NCBI GenBank assembly: GCA_963774735.1
Contig: CAVZGJ010000008.1
Coordinates: 45,543-109,542, forward strand
Direction: 5' to 3'
Length of the DNA: 64,000 nt
DNA from: an uncultured Acidobacteriaceae bacterium
Lineage (GTDB): Bacteria > Acidobacteriota > Terriglobia > Terriglobales > Acidobacteriaceae
Shown here: positions 51,893 to 62,350 of the stretch, in pieces
How positions within the stretch are numbered: position 1 is the stretch's first letter
Layout of the letters: every line of letters begins with the position of its first letter
Notes under the pieces: model-generated
Seen by the model: the letters and a program-made list of their open reading frames with translations, nothing else
The model's database searches: none
What the model was told of the DNA's origin: nothing
Translations under genes and position numbers: made by a program

Positions 51893-53038
51893 TCACTTCG
51901 GCTTTGCTGCGCTCTTCGGCTTACCCTGCTCCGGCGCAGCCGACGGCCCGGTTTGGATCGTCGTCGGGTCCCCGGCCAAAGCTGCATCCGGCAGAGGCAC
52001 AGTGATCCCGGCTGGCCTGATGATGTAGTTGGATTTTGCAACCTTCACCTGCATCACGTGGGTTCCCGCTGTCGAATTGAACGCCCGTGGAAACTCCACA
52101 ATATAGCGCCCCCGCACCATCGTCACGAATTGTCCGAGGACCATCCCCAACGACTTCGTATCGCTGGCCGTCGTCACAACTCCGCCGCTCAGTTCAGTCA
52201 CCGAGGTCCACCCTTCTTCTACCTCCTTAGGCCCGGCATTGATTCCAAAGGGGGCGCCCCCGCTCCGTCGACCCACCGTCGGCCCGCCTCCCCACGATTG
52301 GTACTCGACATAACGTAGCCCGAAGATCGCCGTACCGTTCTCCTGAGCGAACGTCGCTAACTCGTTCCAGCTATGCTTGCTCCCCCCATCCTGTCCGTCC
52401 GTGACCGCAAGAATCACACGCCGCCCCGATAGTTTCGAGGTCTCCACCCCCACCGCGGCCAACGCGTCCCATAGATGAATGGTCTGTCCGCAGCTCTGTT
52501 TGTGCCGTTTGCGCAGAGTCCATGACTCGAGCACTGCATCCGTACCCCGCTTCACAACGACGCTATCACCCGGCACACCTGCCAGCGATCGCATAAGCGA
52601 ACAATCCATGGCATATAACGAAATCCGGTCGCGCGAATGCAGCGACGACCGGGCAAGCTCCGCCAACGCGTCGCCAATCTTCGGCATCAGCACGGCAGTA
52701 TCCCCGTTTACGTCCAGCAGAATCGATAGCGCAATCGGATCGTCTCCCTCCGGCCGCACATGAATAGCTGGAAACCAGGGTCCATCGTCAATGCTGACCG
52801 AGAACCTGTTCTCCGCAATCGGCTTCTTGATCAATTCAAGACTCGGCCCCAGAACCAGCGTCGGTATCTGGATCAGGTTGGTATACACATGCAAAGTAGG
52901 AACGCCGCCGTCCACCACCTTCGGCTCATCCTGCGCGTCCGCGACGCGGAGCATCCAGAAAAAAAGACCTGACATCAAAAGCAAGAACACGCGACCTCGT
53001 GACAGGGAGTCACATCCAACCGTGGTGCGGCTTGCCAT
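51893..53038 (-). CDS. VWA-like exported hypothetical protein
   Basis: Hydrophobic leader, ILLDV, LWDAL and RRVILAVTDG motifs. Start codon uncertain. Confidence 0.6.
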   Translation of the reverse strand: MASRTTVGCDSLSRGRVFLLLMSGLFFWMLRVADAQDEPKVVDGGVPTLHVYTNLIQIPTLVLGPSLELIKKPIAENRFSVSIDDGPWFPAIHVRPEGDDPIALSILLDVNGDTAVLMPKIGDALAELARSSLHSRDRISLYAMDCSLMRSLAGVPGDSVVVKRGTDAVLESWTLRKRHKQSCGQTIHLWDALAAVGVETSKLSGRRVILAVTDGQDGGSKHSWNELATFAQENGTAIFGLRYVEYQSWGGGPTVGRRSGGAPFGINAGPKEVEEGWTSVTELSGGVVTTASDTKSLGMVLGQFVTMVRGRYIVEFPRAFNSTAGTHVMQVKVAKSNYIIRPAGITVPLPDAALAGDPTTIQTGPSAAPEQGKPKSAAKPK

Positions 53039-53185
53039 CACCGAAGTATGACAGAACATAACCGGCAACTCCATCACGGACTCAGGTCTGCCGTTCAGCG
53101 TTCACCATGAATCAACGACAACCGCTTTAGGATTCTCACAGAGGAGAAGGAACACCCGCGGGCATCACTCGATAGGTCGATCGCG

Positions 53186-54265
53186 CTATCGCGAAAAAGC
53201 GGGGACCAGCATCACAACGAGTCCAGCGACGCACCCGAGCAGAGCAACGGCCCCACCCAGCCGTAAACTCGTCCGCCAATCCAGCTGTTTCCCAATCGCG
53301 CTCAGTGAGTAGATGCTCACGGGCCCCAACGTACAAAGCAGGGCGGCGACATATGGCACTGGCGCCCCTGCATGGTAGAGAACGTATGCCAAAGCCCCAT
53401 CGAGTGCCATCGGCACAGGAAGCAATGTCCCAAATATCGCGACGCAAACGACGCCAAACACCGACACCGGCAGATGCGTCCCATACGCCGGAATCATCTC
53501 CGCCGCCGACGCTCCAATGACGGCAGCCAACAGCATCCACGGCAACGTCAAAAATGTAAGACGCAACAAATTCCGCAGATAAGTACGGCCAAACGTAACT
53601 AATCTCGGGATCATCGCCTCGTCCACTGCCGGAACGACAATCGTCCTTACCCCCAACTCGTTCTCCCGCACCAGCAGCGGCAACGCCGCGAGTAACAATA
53701 CAGGAACCACCAATCGCATTGCCGCAAGCGGCAGCGGAAACAACACAAACACCATCGCCACGATAACGGGATTAAAGCTGGGTGAACTGATCATCGCCGC
53801 CAGAGTCAGCCGTGTGCTCGCGCCACCAACCAGCAGGCTCTGGGCAACGGGAGTAGCGCAGTTAGTACAAACCCCCAACGGCGCGCCCGCCACCGCCCCA
53901 CAGAGTACATTCCCTGCCGCCGACGAAAATCGTTTCGGCGCCGCCATTCCCGCCAGCAAAGTCATCATCGCCGCGCCAAACGGAAGCGCAAAGTACATCC
54001 CAAACCGGTTCGTATACAGCCAGTTGACGCTCGTCCGCATGACTCTGGTCGGCGCCGGCATCTCCGGACTCACCTTCAACAAGGCGTCGAACGAGATCGC
54101 TCCCGCGACCTTTACTCCCGTTCCCGCATGCAACTTCTTCAAAAGCGCGGGATACCGCTGTTGACTCCAGAAGATCAGCACCGCGCCCACAGCAATGAGT
54201 GCGGCGAGGGCGACTTCAAGCGAGCGCCGGCGAGGAGTTGAAACGGAAAACGAGGTTGTGCTCAT
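53186..54265 (-). CDS. Permease (DUF318/ArsP-like)
   Basis: GAPLGVCTNC and SSPSFNP motifs, multiple TM segments. Confidence 0.7.
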   Translation of the reverse strand: MSTTSFSVSTPRRRSLEVALAALIAVGAVLIFWSQQRYPALLKKLHAGTGVKVAGAISFDALLKVSPEMPAPTRVMRTSVNWLYTNRFGMYFALPFGAAMMTLLAGMAAPKRFSSAAGNVLCGAVAGAPLGVCTNCATPVAQSLLVGGASTRLTLAAMISSPSFNPVIVAMVFVLFPLPLAAMRLVVPVLLLAALPLLVRENELGVRTIVVPAVDEAMIPRLVTFGRTYLRNLLRLTFLTLPWMLLAAVIGASAAEMIPAYGTHLPVSVFGVVCVAIFGTLLPVPMALDGALAYVLYHAGAPVPYVAALLCTLGPVSIYSLSAIGKQLDWRTSLRLGGAVALLGCVAGLVVMLVPAFSR

Positions 54266-54390
54266 AGGGCGGTAAGTCTATCGCACGCTCTCCGCCGTTG
54301 AACATCCATCATTAGGTGGAGTTGCGGTCATCAACTCGCTCTCTGGTTCCAATGCAGAGCCCTCCGGCGCGCCCACCAATCATCCCCCGG

Positions 54391-55614
54391 CTAAGGCACC
54401 AGGAGTTTCAAGGGAATAGCATCCGCCATCGCCTTATACCCCGCTGGCGAAGGATGCAGCCCATCCCCCGAGTCATATGCCGTCAACATCAAATTCGGAT
54501 TGGCCGGGTCCCGCATTAACTTGTCGAAATCCACCACCCCATCAAAATGTCCCGGCTCCCGAATCCAGGCATTGACCGCCTGTCGATCCGCCTCACTCTC
54601 TGGTCCGGGGTGGTAGTACTTCGATCCGCCGTCCGGCAGTATCGTCGCCCCAATCACCCGAATCCCGTGCGCATGCGCCCGCACAATCATCTGCGCATAA
54701 GCCCCCTCCATCCGTTTCACCAAAGCCGCATGCGCCTCCGCCGAAGCATCATGATCTCGCGTCAACGTCCCCAGATCATTAATTCCCTCCAGCACAATCA
54801 CACACTTCACCGCCGTCTGCGCAATCACATCACGATCGAACCGCGCCAGCGCATTCGGCCCAAGCCCATCCAGCAGCAACCGGTTCCCGCCGATCCCTTG
54901 GTTCAGAACTCCCATCCCCCGCGTCGATTTCTCAGCCTGCATCCGCGCCGCCAGAACATCGGTCCAACGATCGTTCCCGTTCGTCGTCGCTCCATGCCCA
55001 TCCGTAATCGAATCACCCAGCGCCACCACCGCCCCCAACTTCTCTGCCCCTACTACATCCACGCCAGAGATCTGGTACCAATGCTCCACCTTCTTCGCAT
55101 CCGGCAGATTCGCCGCCGACACGAGATCTCCATGCGCCACATAAGACGTAGCCCGCGACCCGGGGTGCCCAGTCTCTCCCACCGGCGGCTCGTCATAATG
55201 AATCGAAATCGCCACGCTGGAAAGCGGCGCCGCAGAAAACGTAACCGCATCCGATACATACTCCGCCCCCGCCGGAATCATCACATCCGGCGCCCCGCCG
55301 AACATCACCGCCGTATCGCTCGCCGCGTCAATCGCACTCTCAGCAGCAGACATTGGCCGGGCCACATGCACCGCCGTCAGATGCAGCGGCTGCGTCCCAA
55401 ACGCATTCGAAACCCGCACCCGCAGCTGCGTCCCACCCACCGAAAGATGCACAATCTCCCGCAACGTCCCATCCCGTATCAACTCCGGATCAAGAAGATT
55501 CGCCGTCTCAGGAATCTGCTGCGAAGTCGCCCACGACCCAACCCAGTGCTCGGCAGGCTGCGCTCCCGACTGCCGTACCCCAACTAAGACCATCACACAA
55601 ATCAACACCTTCAT
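54391..55614 (-). CDS. Secreted SGNH/GDSL hydrolase
   Basis: GDSITDG, NQGIGGN, LEGIND and DGLHPS blocks. Signal peptide. Confidence 0.9.
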   Translation of the reverse strand: MKVLICVMVLVGVRQSGAQPAEHWVGSWATSQQIPETANLLDPELIRDGTLREIVHLSVGGTQLRVRVSNAFGTQPLHLTAVHVARPMSAAESAIDAASDTAVMFGGAPDVMIPAGAEYVSDAVTFSAAPLSSVAISIHYDEPPVGETGHPGSRATSYVAHGDLVSAANLPDAKKVEHWYQISGVDVVGAEKLGAVVALGDSITDGHGATTNGNDRWTDVLAARMQAEKSTRGMGVLNQGIGGNRLLLDGLGPNALARFDRDVIAQTAVKCVIVLEGINDLGTLTRDHDASAEAHAALVKRMEGAYAQMIVRAHAHGIRVIGATILPDGGSKYYHPGPESEADRQAVNAWIREPGHFDGVVDFDKLMRDPANPNLMLTAYDSGDGLHPSPAGYKAMADAIPLKLLVP

Positions 55615-55619
55615 CTGTC

Positions 55620-56366
55620 CTAAATACATTTCGTCGCCTCCAAAGCCCGAGCACTCACCAGCCTCCGCTCCAAATTCCTTTCCAGCGTCTCCACCGCAAA
55701 CCGCCGCAGATCCGCCCCGCGAGCCTGCGGCCAGTCCTCCTCCGCAAGCCCCTTCACCGTTCCTCGAAAGATCCTCTGCGCCTCATTCGCCGACTCCGCC
55801 GACAACGCCGCACTCCCACCCCGCCGGTCATCTCTGCAAGTCACCCCATCGCCGTTAGCCGAATACCAAACCGTCCCCCCGCGCAGGTCTAATCCACACA
55901 CCACACAATGCCCAAGCTCCGGCATCCACCCCATCAGCCTGCTCATCCACAACGCAAAATAAGTCACCGGCAGCCAAACCCGCCCCACCTGCATCTCCTC
56001 CAACACCGCCAGCACCAGCCGAAACACCGCATCCTCAATCGCCCCCTCCGGCAAGACCTCCTCCACCACCTCGGCCACAAACTGCAGAGCCGCCGTCCGC
56101 GCGTAATCCACTGGTCGGCTCAGCGGCGAGCTCAGAATCTCAAACGCATCCAACCGGACCAACTCCTGCTTCGGCTTCTCCGCATACGAAGCCCGCACAT
56201 ACGTCATCGGCTCCAGCGCCCCGCCAAACCGTCGCCGCGACCGCAGCGCATGGCGAGCCACACCCTTCACCCGCCCCTGCTCCCGCGTGAAAAGGCTCAC
56301 CAGCAGGTCAGCCTCCTGAAACGGCCACACCCGCAGCACAATCGCCTCACTCTGCCGTTGGATCAT
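55620..56366 (-). CDS. recO: DNA repair protein RecO
   Basis: EAIVLR, EADLLVSLFTREQG, RRFGGALEP and Cys zinc motif. Confidence 0.92.
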   Translation of the reverse strand: MIQRQSEAIVLRVWPFQEADLLVSLFTREQGRVKGVARHALRSRRRFGGALEPMTYVRASYAEKPKQELVRLDAFEILSSPLSRPVDYARTAALQFVAEVVEEVLPEGAIEDAVFRLVLAVLEEMQVGRVWLPVTYFALWMSRLMGWMPELGHCVVCGLDLRGGTVWYSANGDGVTCRDDRRGGSAALSAESANEAQRIFRGTVKGLAEEDWPQARGADLRRFAVETLERNLERRLVSARALEATKCI

Positions 56367-56369
56367 CCT

Positions 56370-56819
56370 TCACCGGCCAAACTGCCGCAGATGATGGTCC
56401 GCATGCAGATACCCCCACCGCATCCAGTCCGCTTCCGTCATCGGCCCAAACATCGGGTGCCAGGCGGCAAAGCGATTCTCACGCGCCAGCCTCTCCACCT
56501 TATCGATCGCAACATTGACCAGTTCGTCAAAGTTAGCATCGGAATGCGAAGCCATCGCTCGTTTAAGCTCCGGTGCTGTCCGCATGTTCTTCGTCCACCG
56601 CAAACCCGACCGCAGTGCCATCCACTTGACCAACACCGGCGGCAGTCCCTTCACCGGCCGAACCAACCTCTCACCGAAAGCCACATCGCACGAGCAACTC
56701 AGATGCCGCACCATCTGCCTCGCCGTCATCTTGCCCCAGCGCGGACGATCGTCCGCCCTCAACTTCCGTAGCCTCTCCCTTGTCTCCGCGACCACCAGCG
56801 GCGAGGCAAGACTCTTCAT
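56370..56819 (-). CDS. DUF1569 (DinB-like) protein
   Basis: WGKMT..QM..H and HPMFG..W...H.DHHLRQFG motifs. Confidence 0.82.
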   Translation of the reverse strand: MKSLASPLVVAETRERLRKLRADDRPRWGKMTARQMVRHLSCSCDVAFGERLVRPVKGLPPVLVKWMALRSGLRWTKNMRTAPELKRAMASHSDANFDELVNVAIDKVERLARENRFAAWHPMFGPMTEADWMRWGYLHADHHLRQFGR

Positions 56820-56834
56820 CCCTCCATCCCCCCA

Positions 56835-56867
56835 AAGCAAAACCGCGCAGCCTCAGGGCCACGCGGT
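56835..56867 (-). terminator. Rho-independent terminator after ferredoxin
   Basis: Minus-strand stem ACCGCGTGGCC/GGCTGCGCGGT followed by TTTGCTTT. Confidence 0.7.
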
Positions 56868-56889
56868 CGCAAATCAAACCAGTCGCAAT

Positions 56890-57150
56890 CTACCGCCCGA
56901 AGTGTGAAGCATTCTTCGTCTGATACTCCGCCCACTTCTCAGGAAGGTCATCGCCAGCATAAATCGCCGAAACCGGACACACCGGAACACACGCGCCGCA
57001 GTCAATGCACTCCACCGGATCGATAAAGAGTTGATCTGCCTCCCCGTGTCCCGCCTCATCCTTCTTTGGATGGATGCAATCCACCGGGCAGGCATCCACG
57101 CAAGCTGAATCCTTCGTCCCGATACACGGTTCTGCAATCACATAGGCCAT
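56890..57150 (-). CDS. Ferredoxin (7Fe-type)
   Basis: CIGTKDSACVDACPVDC and CIDCGACVPVCP motifs. Confidence 0.93.
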   Translation of the reverse strand: MAYVIAEPCIGTKDSACVDACPVDCIHPKKDEAGHGEADQLFIDPVECIDCGACVPVCPVSAIYAGDDLPEKWAEYQTKNASHFGR

Positions 57151-57272
57151 TGCTAAAAATCTCCCTTACGCCAATTCTGGAATTCGCCAATCATCTCTGG
57201 GCTGAACACGATTCTAGCAGCACAACCGCACCCGCCTGCAAAATCATACATCACCCTCAAAACCACAGCCAA

Positions 57273-57731
57273 TCAGACTGCCGTTCCTTCCGCCAACCCT
57301 CGCTGTTCCCTCACCCGATCCGCCAGTTCCACCGGGAAAATCCTCTCCCTCGACCCCTCAATCTCCTCTGCGGTCCACCACCGCATCTCCCGCATCATCC
57401 CAATCTCCTCCGGAGTCACCCCCGCCAATCGAGGCTCATCCCGTCCACACCGCCCTCGAAACAGAAAGTCCTGATTATCCTGCATCTCCCCTTGGTGCCA
57501 GAACTGGTTAGCATCGCGATAAACCGGTCCCTCAACCGCCACCGAGAGCCCCAGTTCCTCATTCAACTCCCGCGCCGCCGCTTCAGCCTCGGTCTCGCCG
57601 CCTTCAATCTCCCCACCCGGCAAAGCCCAAAACACAAACTCCCCATCCGGCCGCAGCGCCACAAATCGAATCAACAATACCGCCCCGCCCTCATCGAACA
57701 GCATCACCCGCGCCGTTCGTCTCTTTCTCAC
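57273..57731 (-). CDS. NUDIX hydrolase
   Basis: Nudix box GGEIEGGETEAEAAARELNEELG. Confidence 0.88.
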   Translation of the reverse strand: MRKRRTARVMLFDEGGAVLLIRFVALRPDGEFVFWALPGGEIEGGETEAEAAARELNEELGLSVAVEGPVYRDANQFWHQGEMQDNQDFLFRGRCGRDEPRLAGVTPEEIGMMREMRWWTAEEIEGSRERIFPVELADRVREQRGLAEGTAV

Positions 57732-58609
57732 CTCTCCCCCGCCTGCCGCCTCCGCGCAAACTCCGCCGGAGTAGCAACCGGCTCCATCTCTCTGCCCGCA
57801 AACATCTCCGTAAACAAATAAACCATCTCCCCTTGAATCCGCCCGTTCGTAGCCAGCACCTCGCGGCTATCCAGCGTAAACGGCCCCCCATCGAAGTGCG
57901 TCACCGTCCCCCCAGCCTCCCGTACCAGCAATACACCCGCCGACGTATCCCACGGATTCAAATTGAACTCCCAGAACCCGTCCAGCCGCCCGCAAGCCAC
58001 ATATGCCAGGTCCAGCCCCGCACTCCCCGCCCGCCTCACCCCATGCGACCGCAGTGTCACCTCCTGGTAGAAGTACACATTCGGGTTGTCATGTCGTTTC
58101 TTGCTCGGAAAGCCCGTCCCCGTCAAAGACTCCTGCAGCGTAGCTATCTTCGAAACATGTACCCGCCGCCCGTTTAACCACGCGCCTTTGCCCTTCTCCG
58201 CCACAAACATCTCATCCCGCAGCGGATCGTAGATCACCCCCGCGATCAATTCACCATCCGCATCCGGTGCCAACCCCGTCACTCTGCGCTCCAGGCCCAA
58301 AATCACGCAAAACGCAGGAAACCCATGCGCAAAATTCGTCGTGCCATCCAACGGATCGACGTACCAGCGGTACTCACTCTCAAGCCCGCTCCTCGTCCCC
58401 TCCTCGCCGTAGACCCCATGCGACGGAAACGCCGCCTTCAGCCTCGAAACAATCAGCCTCTCGGTCGACCGGTCCGCCTCCGTCACCAGATCCACATCGC
58501 CCTTGTACTCCGTCTCCACACCCTTCGCGTAAAAATCACGCAGCAATGCACCAGCCTCCCGCGCAATCTTCTCCGCCTCACCTACAAACTCAAACGAATC
58601 AACTCCCAT
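57728..58609 (-). CDS. suhB: Inositol monophosphatase family protein
   Basis: DLVTEAD, GEE, WYVDPLDGTTNF and WDTSAG motifs. Confidence 0.88.
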   Translation of the reverse strand: MGVDSFEFVGEAEKIAREAGALLRDFYAKGVETEYKGDVDLVTEADRSTERLIVSRLKAAFPSHGVYGEEGTRSGLESEYRWYVDPLDGTTNFAHGFPAFCVILGLERRVTGLAPDADGELIAGVIYDPLRDEMFVAEKGKGAWLNGRRVHVSKIATLQESLTGTGFPSKKRHDNPNVYFYQEVTLRSHGVRRAGSAGLDLAYVACGRLDGFWEFNLNPWDTSAGVLLVREAGGTVTHFDGGPFTLDSREVLATNGRIQGEMVYLFTEMFAGREMEPVATPAEFARRRQAGER

Positions 58610-58660
58610 CCAGACACCTCACAAACAAGTACACCACAGGCCACAACCGCGAAAGCCATC

Positions 58661-58731
58661 ATCGGCTCTGATCCGTTTTGATCCGTGTCATCGGTGTAAA
58701 TCCGTGTTAAGCCTTAGAATCCGCGCCGATC
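58661..58731 (+). repeat. ~10-bp-periodic ATC(C/G)G tandem repeat
   Basis: ATCGGCTCTG ATCCGTTTTG ATCCGTGTC ATCGGTGTAA ATCCGTGTT ... ATCCGCGCCG. Confidence 0.6.
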
Positions 58732-58737
58732 AACGGG

Positions 58738-59799
58738 TCACCGAGCGTCCGCGTAATATCCACTCCGGTAACGCAGTTCATAACTCCCACGAAGATCCGC
58801 ATTCGCCATCCGCACCTTGATCGCCCGGTACGAGTCGTCCATCCCCCGCTTCGGCGCGTAATACCCGAGCAGATACTGTGTCCTCAGATCATCCGAAACA
58901 TGCTTGAACGCCGGCTCCAGATCCTTCGGATCCACAACGTAATAATACTTCCCACCCGTATCATTCGCCATCTGAATCAGAGCATGCTCCCCTGCCACAT
59001 TTCTTCCCGCATCCGCGTAGATAGGCACGATAATCAGCGCATACACCATAGCGCCCGCCCGTTGAGCCTCCTCCATCGCCTGCGTATACTTCGACCCCTT
59101 CACCGTATCCCCGCCATCCGTAATCAGCACCACCACCCGCCGTCTTCCATCCGCAGCCGAAGTCCCCGCCAGCCGTTCTGACGCCAGATAAACCGCGTCA
59201 AAAAACGCCGTGGCATCGCCCCGCTGCACGCTATTAATGCCCGCCTCGATACGCTTCTTCTGATTCGTAAATGGCACAAGCTCCCGCACCGAGTCGGAGA
59301 ACTCCATCAAGTCCAGCTCATCCTGCTCCCGCAGCAGTGCATTAACAAAATGCTTCGCTGCCTCTTTCTCCAATCGCTCATTCGACAACACGCTCTCGCT
59401 CGTATCGATCGCCAGCACAATCGAAAGCGGCGTCGTCGTCTCCCTCTCAAAGATCCGGATCTCCTGCAGCTTCCCATCCTCAAGAATCTGAAAGTCATCT
59501 TTGACCAGCCCGCCCACTGGCGAACCATTCGCATCGACAACATTTAGAGCCACATTCACCAGCCGCGTCTGCACCTCGATCGTCGGAAAACCACCCTTCG
59601 GAGACTCGTCCTTCTGGGAGCTCCCCTTCTGTCCCCCATTGCTCTGTCCCCCGCTCACCGGCGCCACCTGAGCGTCGTCTTCCGTCTGCGGAGCCTGCGT
59701 TCCATTCTGCGGAGGCGGCTTGCGAACAACCGGCGCCTGCGCCATCGCGGCACCCTGCAGCAATAATCCCGCACCCAACACCAGACCGGCTAGCCTCAT
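58738..59799 (-). CDS. VWFA-related Acidobacterial domain protein
   Basis: Signal peptide, LVNV..V.D..G, DFQILEDG, MIDAS DTSES, ITDGGD, TGG and QYLLGY motifs. Confidence 0.85.
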   Translation of the reverse strand: MRLAGLVLGAGLLLQGAAMAQAPVVRKPPPQNGTQAPQTEDDAQVAPVSGGQSNGGQKGSSQKDESPKGGFPTIEVQTRLVNVALNVVDANGSPVGGLVKDDFQILEDGKLQEIRIFERETTTPLSIVLAIDTSESVLSNERLEKEAAKHFVNALLREQDELDLMEFSDSVRELVPFTNQKKRIEAGINSVQRGDATAFFDAVYLASERLAGTSAADGRRRVVVLITDGGDTVKGSKYTQAMEEAQRAGAMVYALIIVPIYADAGRNVAGEHALIQMANDTGGKYYYVVDPKDLEPAFKHVSDDLRTQYLLGYYAPKRGMDDSYRAIKVRMANADLRGSYELRYRSGYYADAR

Positions 59800-60251
59800 C
59801 CCCGCATCTCCGGCGAAGCGGCAATAATCTCCTCCGGAAACGGCTCCCCATCCGCCCAAATCGCCCCATCCACAAACTGCTCTTTCTTCCAGATAGGTAC
59901 TGTCTTCTTCAGCGTATCGATCAACCACCGGCAAGCATCAAACGCCGCTCCACGATGCGCGGAGGCCACCACCACCAGCACACTCGTCTCCCCAACCGTC
60001 AGCCGGCCCAGACGATGCACCAACGCCACATCCCGCACGCTAAACTTCGTCACCGCCTCCCCGGCCAGCCCTCGCATCTGCTCCAGCGCCATCTCCCGGT
60101 AAGCCTCATAGTCCAGATACAGTGTCTTCCGTCCGCGCGAATTATCCCGCACAACCCCGTCGAAGACGCACACCGCCCCATCCGGCCCCGCCTTCATCGC
60201 GGCCACAATCTCCGCCGACGGAATCACCCCGTCCGTAATCTCAACCCGCAT
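59796..60251 (-). CDS. moaE: Molybdopterin synthase catalytic subunit
   Basis: FDGVVR, LDYEAY, HRLG and LKKTVPIWKKE motifs. Confidence 0.93.
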   Translation of the reverse strand: MRVEITDGVIPSAEIVAAMKAGPDGAVCVFDGVVRDNSRGRKTLYLDYEAYREMALEQMRGLAGEAVTKFSVRDVALVHRLGRLTVGETSVLVVVASAHRGAAFDACRWLIDTLKKTVPIWKKEQFVDGAIWADGEPFPEEIIAASPEMRG

Positions 60252-60498
60252 ACCGTTCCAATCCGCCGCTCACCGGAGGCAGCAGCGCAAGCTCATCTCC
60301 ATCCTTCACCACGTCTTCTGCCTTCGCATACTCCTGGTTCACCGCCACAGCAATCGAGTCCCACGCAAAGTCGGTAAGTCGCTCTCTGTAGACGTTCAAA
60401 ACCTCGGCAACGGTAGCTCCCTCGACCAACTCCAGCCACTCCTGGGAGCCACCAAGCCGATCCCGAAGCACCCCGAAGTAAAGCACATGCACACGCAT
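60241..60498 (-). CDS. moaD: Molybdopterin synthase sulfur carrier subunit
   Basis: VLYFG, AVNQEY and DELALLPPVSGG (followed by a short extension). Confidence 0.9.
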   Translation of the reverse strand: MRVHVLYFGVLRDRLGGSQEWLELVEGATVAEVLNVYRERLTDFAWDSIAVAVNQEYAKAEDVVKDGDELALLPPVSGGLERYAG

Positions 60499-60596
60499 CT
60501 CAAGAGAATATCTGACTGCCCTTCAAAGCAGCCATCCCGAAACAAGCCCCCTCAAAATTGCGCCACGCGCCGCATGCCAATAGCATGGTTTCCGGT

Positions 60597-61451
60597 ATGA
60601 GCACCCTTCCCTCCGCGCCCTCCGAAGTCATCGACTCCCACCATCATCTCTGGCGCTACTCACCCACCGAATACGGCTGGATCGACGCCACCATGACCGC
60701 TCTCCGCCGCGATTTCCTCCCCGCAGATCTAGTCCACGAACTCACGCAAGCCAACATAGCCGGAGCCATAGCCGTCCAGGCACGCCAAACCCTCGAAGAG
60801 ACCCATTGGCTACTCGAACTAGCCCGCACCTGTCCCCAGATTCGCGGCGTTGTAGGATGGGCCCCCATCGCATCCCCCAGCTTCGAAGCATCCCTTCCTC
60901 AACTCGCATCTCAGCCAAAGCTCGTAGGCCTACGCCACGTAGCCCAGGCCGAACCCGAAGGCTTCCTCGACTCTCCCGACTTCAACCGTGGCATCCGCGC
61001 CCTCACCCGAACCAACCTCGTCTACGACATCCTCATCTTTGAGCGCCAACTCGAAGAAGCCATCCGCTTCGTCGACCGTCATCCGCAACAAATCTTTGTC
61101 CTCGACCACATCGCCAAACCCAAAATCGCAGCCCACGAACTCGAACCCTGGCGCACTCACATCCGCGAGTTCAGCAAGCGCCCCAACGTCTCCTGCAAAC
61201 TCTCCGGCATGGTTACCGAAGACTCCTGGTCCACGTGGTCCCTCGAATCCCTCCGCCCCTACCTCGACACCGCAGTCGAATCCTTCGGCCCCAACCGACT
61301 CCTCGCCGGCTCCGACTGGCCCGTCTGCCTCGTAGCCACTACCTACGCCGAGTGGTGGCAGACCCTCCGCGACTACTTCCAAAACTTCACCCCCGAAGAC
61401 CGCACAAAAATCTTCGGCGCAAACGCCACCCGCATCTACCGCATCCGGTAA
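60597..61451 (+). CDS. Amidohydrolase, L-fuconolactonase-like
   Basis: IDSHHHLW, VLDHIAKP, CKLSG and GSDWPVC motifs. Confidence 0.82.
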   Translation: MSTLPSAPSEVIDSHHHLWRYSPTEYGWIDATMTALRRDFLPADLVHELTQANIAGAIAVQARQTLEETHWLLELARTCPQIRGVVGWAPIASPSFEASLPQLASQPKLVGLRHVAQAEPEGFLDSPDFNRGIRALTRTNLVYDILIFERQLEEAIRFVDRHPQQIFVLDHIAKPKIAAHELEPWRTHIREFSKRPNVSCKLSGMVTEDSWSTWSLESLRPYLDTAVESFGPNRLLAGSDWPVCLVATTYAEWWQTLRDYFQNFTPEDRTKIFGANATRIYRIR

Positions 61452-61474
61452 AACACCCACAAGTTCCGAAGTCC

Positions 61475-62278
61475 CTAGTCCCTCAGATTCATAAATCCCC
61501 CATCCAACAAATAATCCACTCCAGTAATAAATCCCGCCTCATCCGAACACAGGTAAAGCGCAAGGTTAGCTACCTCCTCCGGCTCTCCCATCCGCCCAAT
61601 CGGCTGAGCCGCAGAGAGCTTCTCAAACATCTCCGCCTCTTTGCCCGGATAGTTCTTCGCCAGATACCCATCAACAAATCCCGTATGCACCCGCGCCGGC
61701 GAAATCGCGTTGCACCGAATCCCCTTCTTCAAAAAATCCCGTGCAATCGAGTAAGTCATCGCCAGCACCGCACCCTTGCTCATCGAATACGAAAACCGGT
61801 CCGAAAGCCCGCTCGACCCTGCAATCGAAGCCATATTCAAAATCACCCCACCACCGTTCTCCACCATCGACCCGATACAAGCCCGCGTGCAGTGATAAAC
61901 ACTCTTCACATTGATCTGAAACACCCGATCAAAGTCCGCATCCGCGGTCGTATCCACCCGCCCAATCCCGGCAATCCCCGCATTATTCACCAGAATATGA
62001 ATCCGCTCGCTCCCAACCAGCGCTCCAAAGACCCGTTCGACCTCACCCGGATCCGCCACATTGCACGCATGCGCCTTCGCACTCCCACCAGCTTCAACAA
62101 TCTTCCCTACCGCCTCATTGGCAGCGTCCATATTCAAATCGACGATATGAACCTTCGCCCCCGCAAGCGCAAACTCCGTGGCAATCGCAAACCCAATTCC
62201 ACTAGCCCCACCCGTAACAATCGCCGACCGCCCATCCAACCGAAACTTCGATCCCGCCGAACCAGGTTGCATAAACAT
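61475..62278 (-). CDS. SDR oxidoreductase (2-keto-3-deoxy-L-fuconate dehydrogenase-like)
   Basis: TGGASGIG, NNAG, YSMSK and IRCNAISP motifs. Confidence 0.82.
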   Translation of the reverse strand: MFMQPGSAGSKFRLDGRSAIVTGGASGIGFAIATEFALAGAKVHIVDLNMDAANEAVGKIVEAGGSAKAHACNVADPGEVERVFGALVGSERIHILVNNAGIAGIGRVDTTADADFDRVFQINVKSVYHCTRACIGSMVENGGGVILNMASIAGSSGLSDRFSYSMSKGAVLAMTYSIARDFLKKGIRCNAISPARVHTGFVDGYLAKNYPGKEAEMFEKLSAAQPIGRMGEPEEVANLALYLCSDEAGFITGVDYLLDGGFMNLRD

Positions 62279-62350
62279 CCTCACGTAATATGTTCACTTA
62301 GCCATCCAATTGTAGAAGCTCGCGCCCAACACACCCGCAACGAGGAATGA

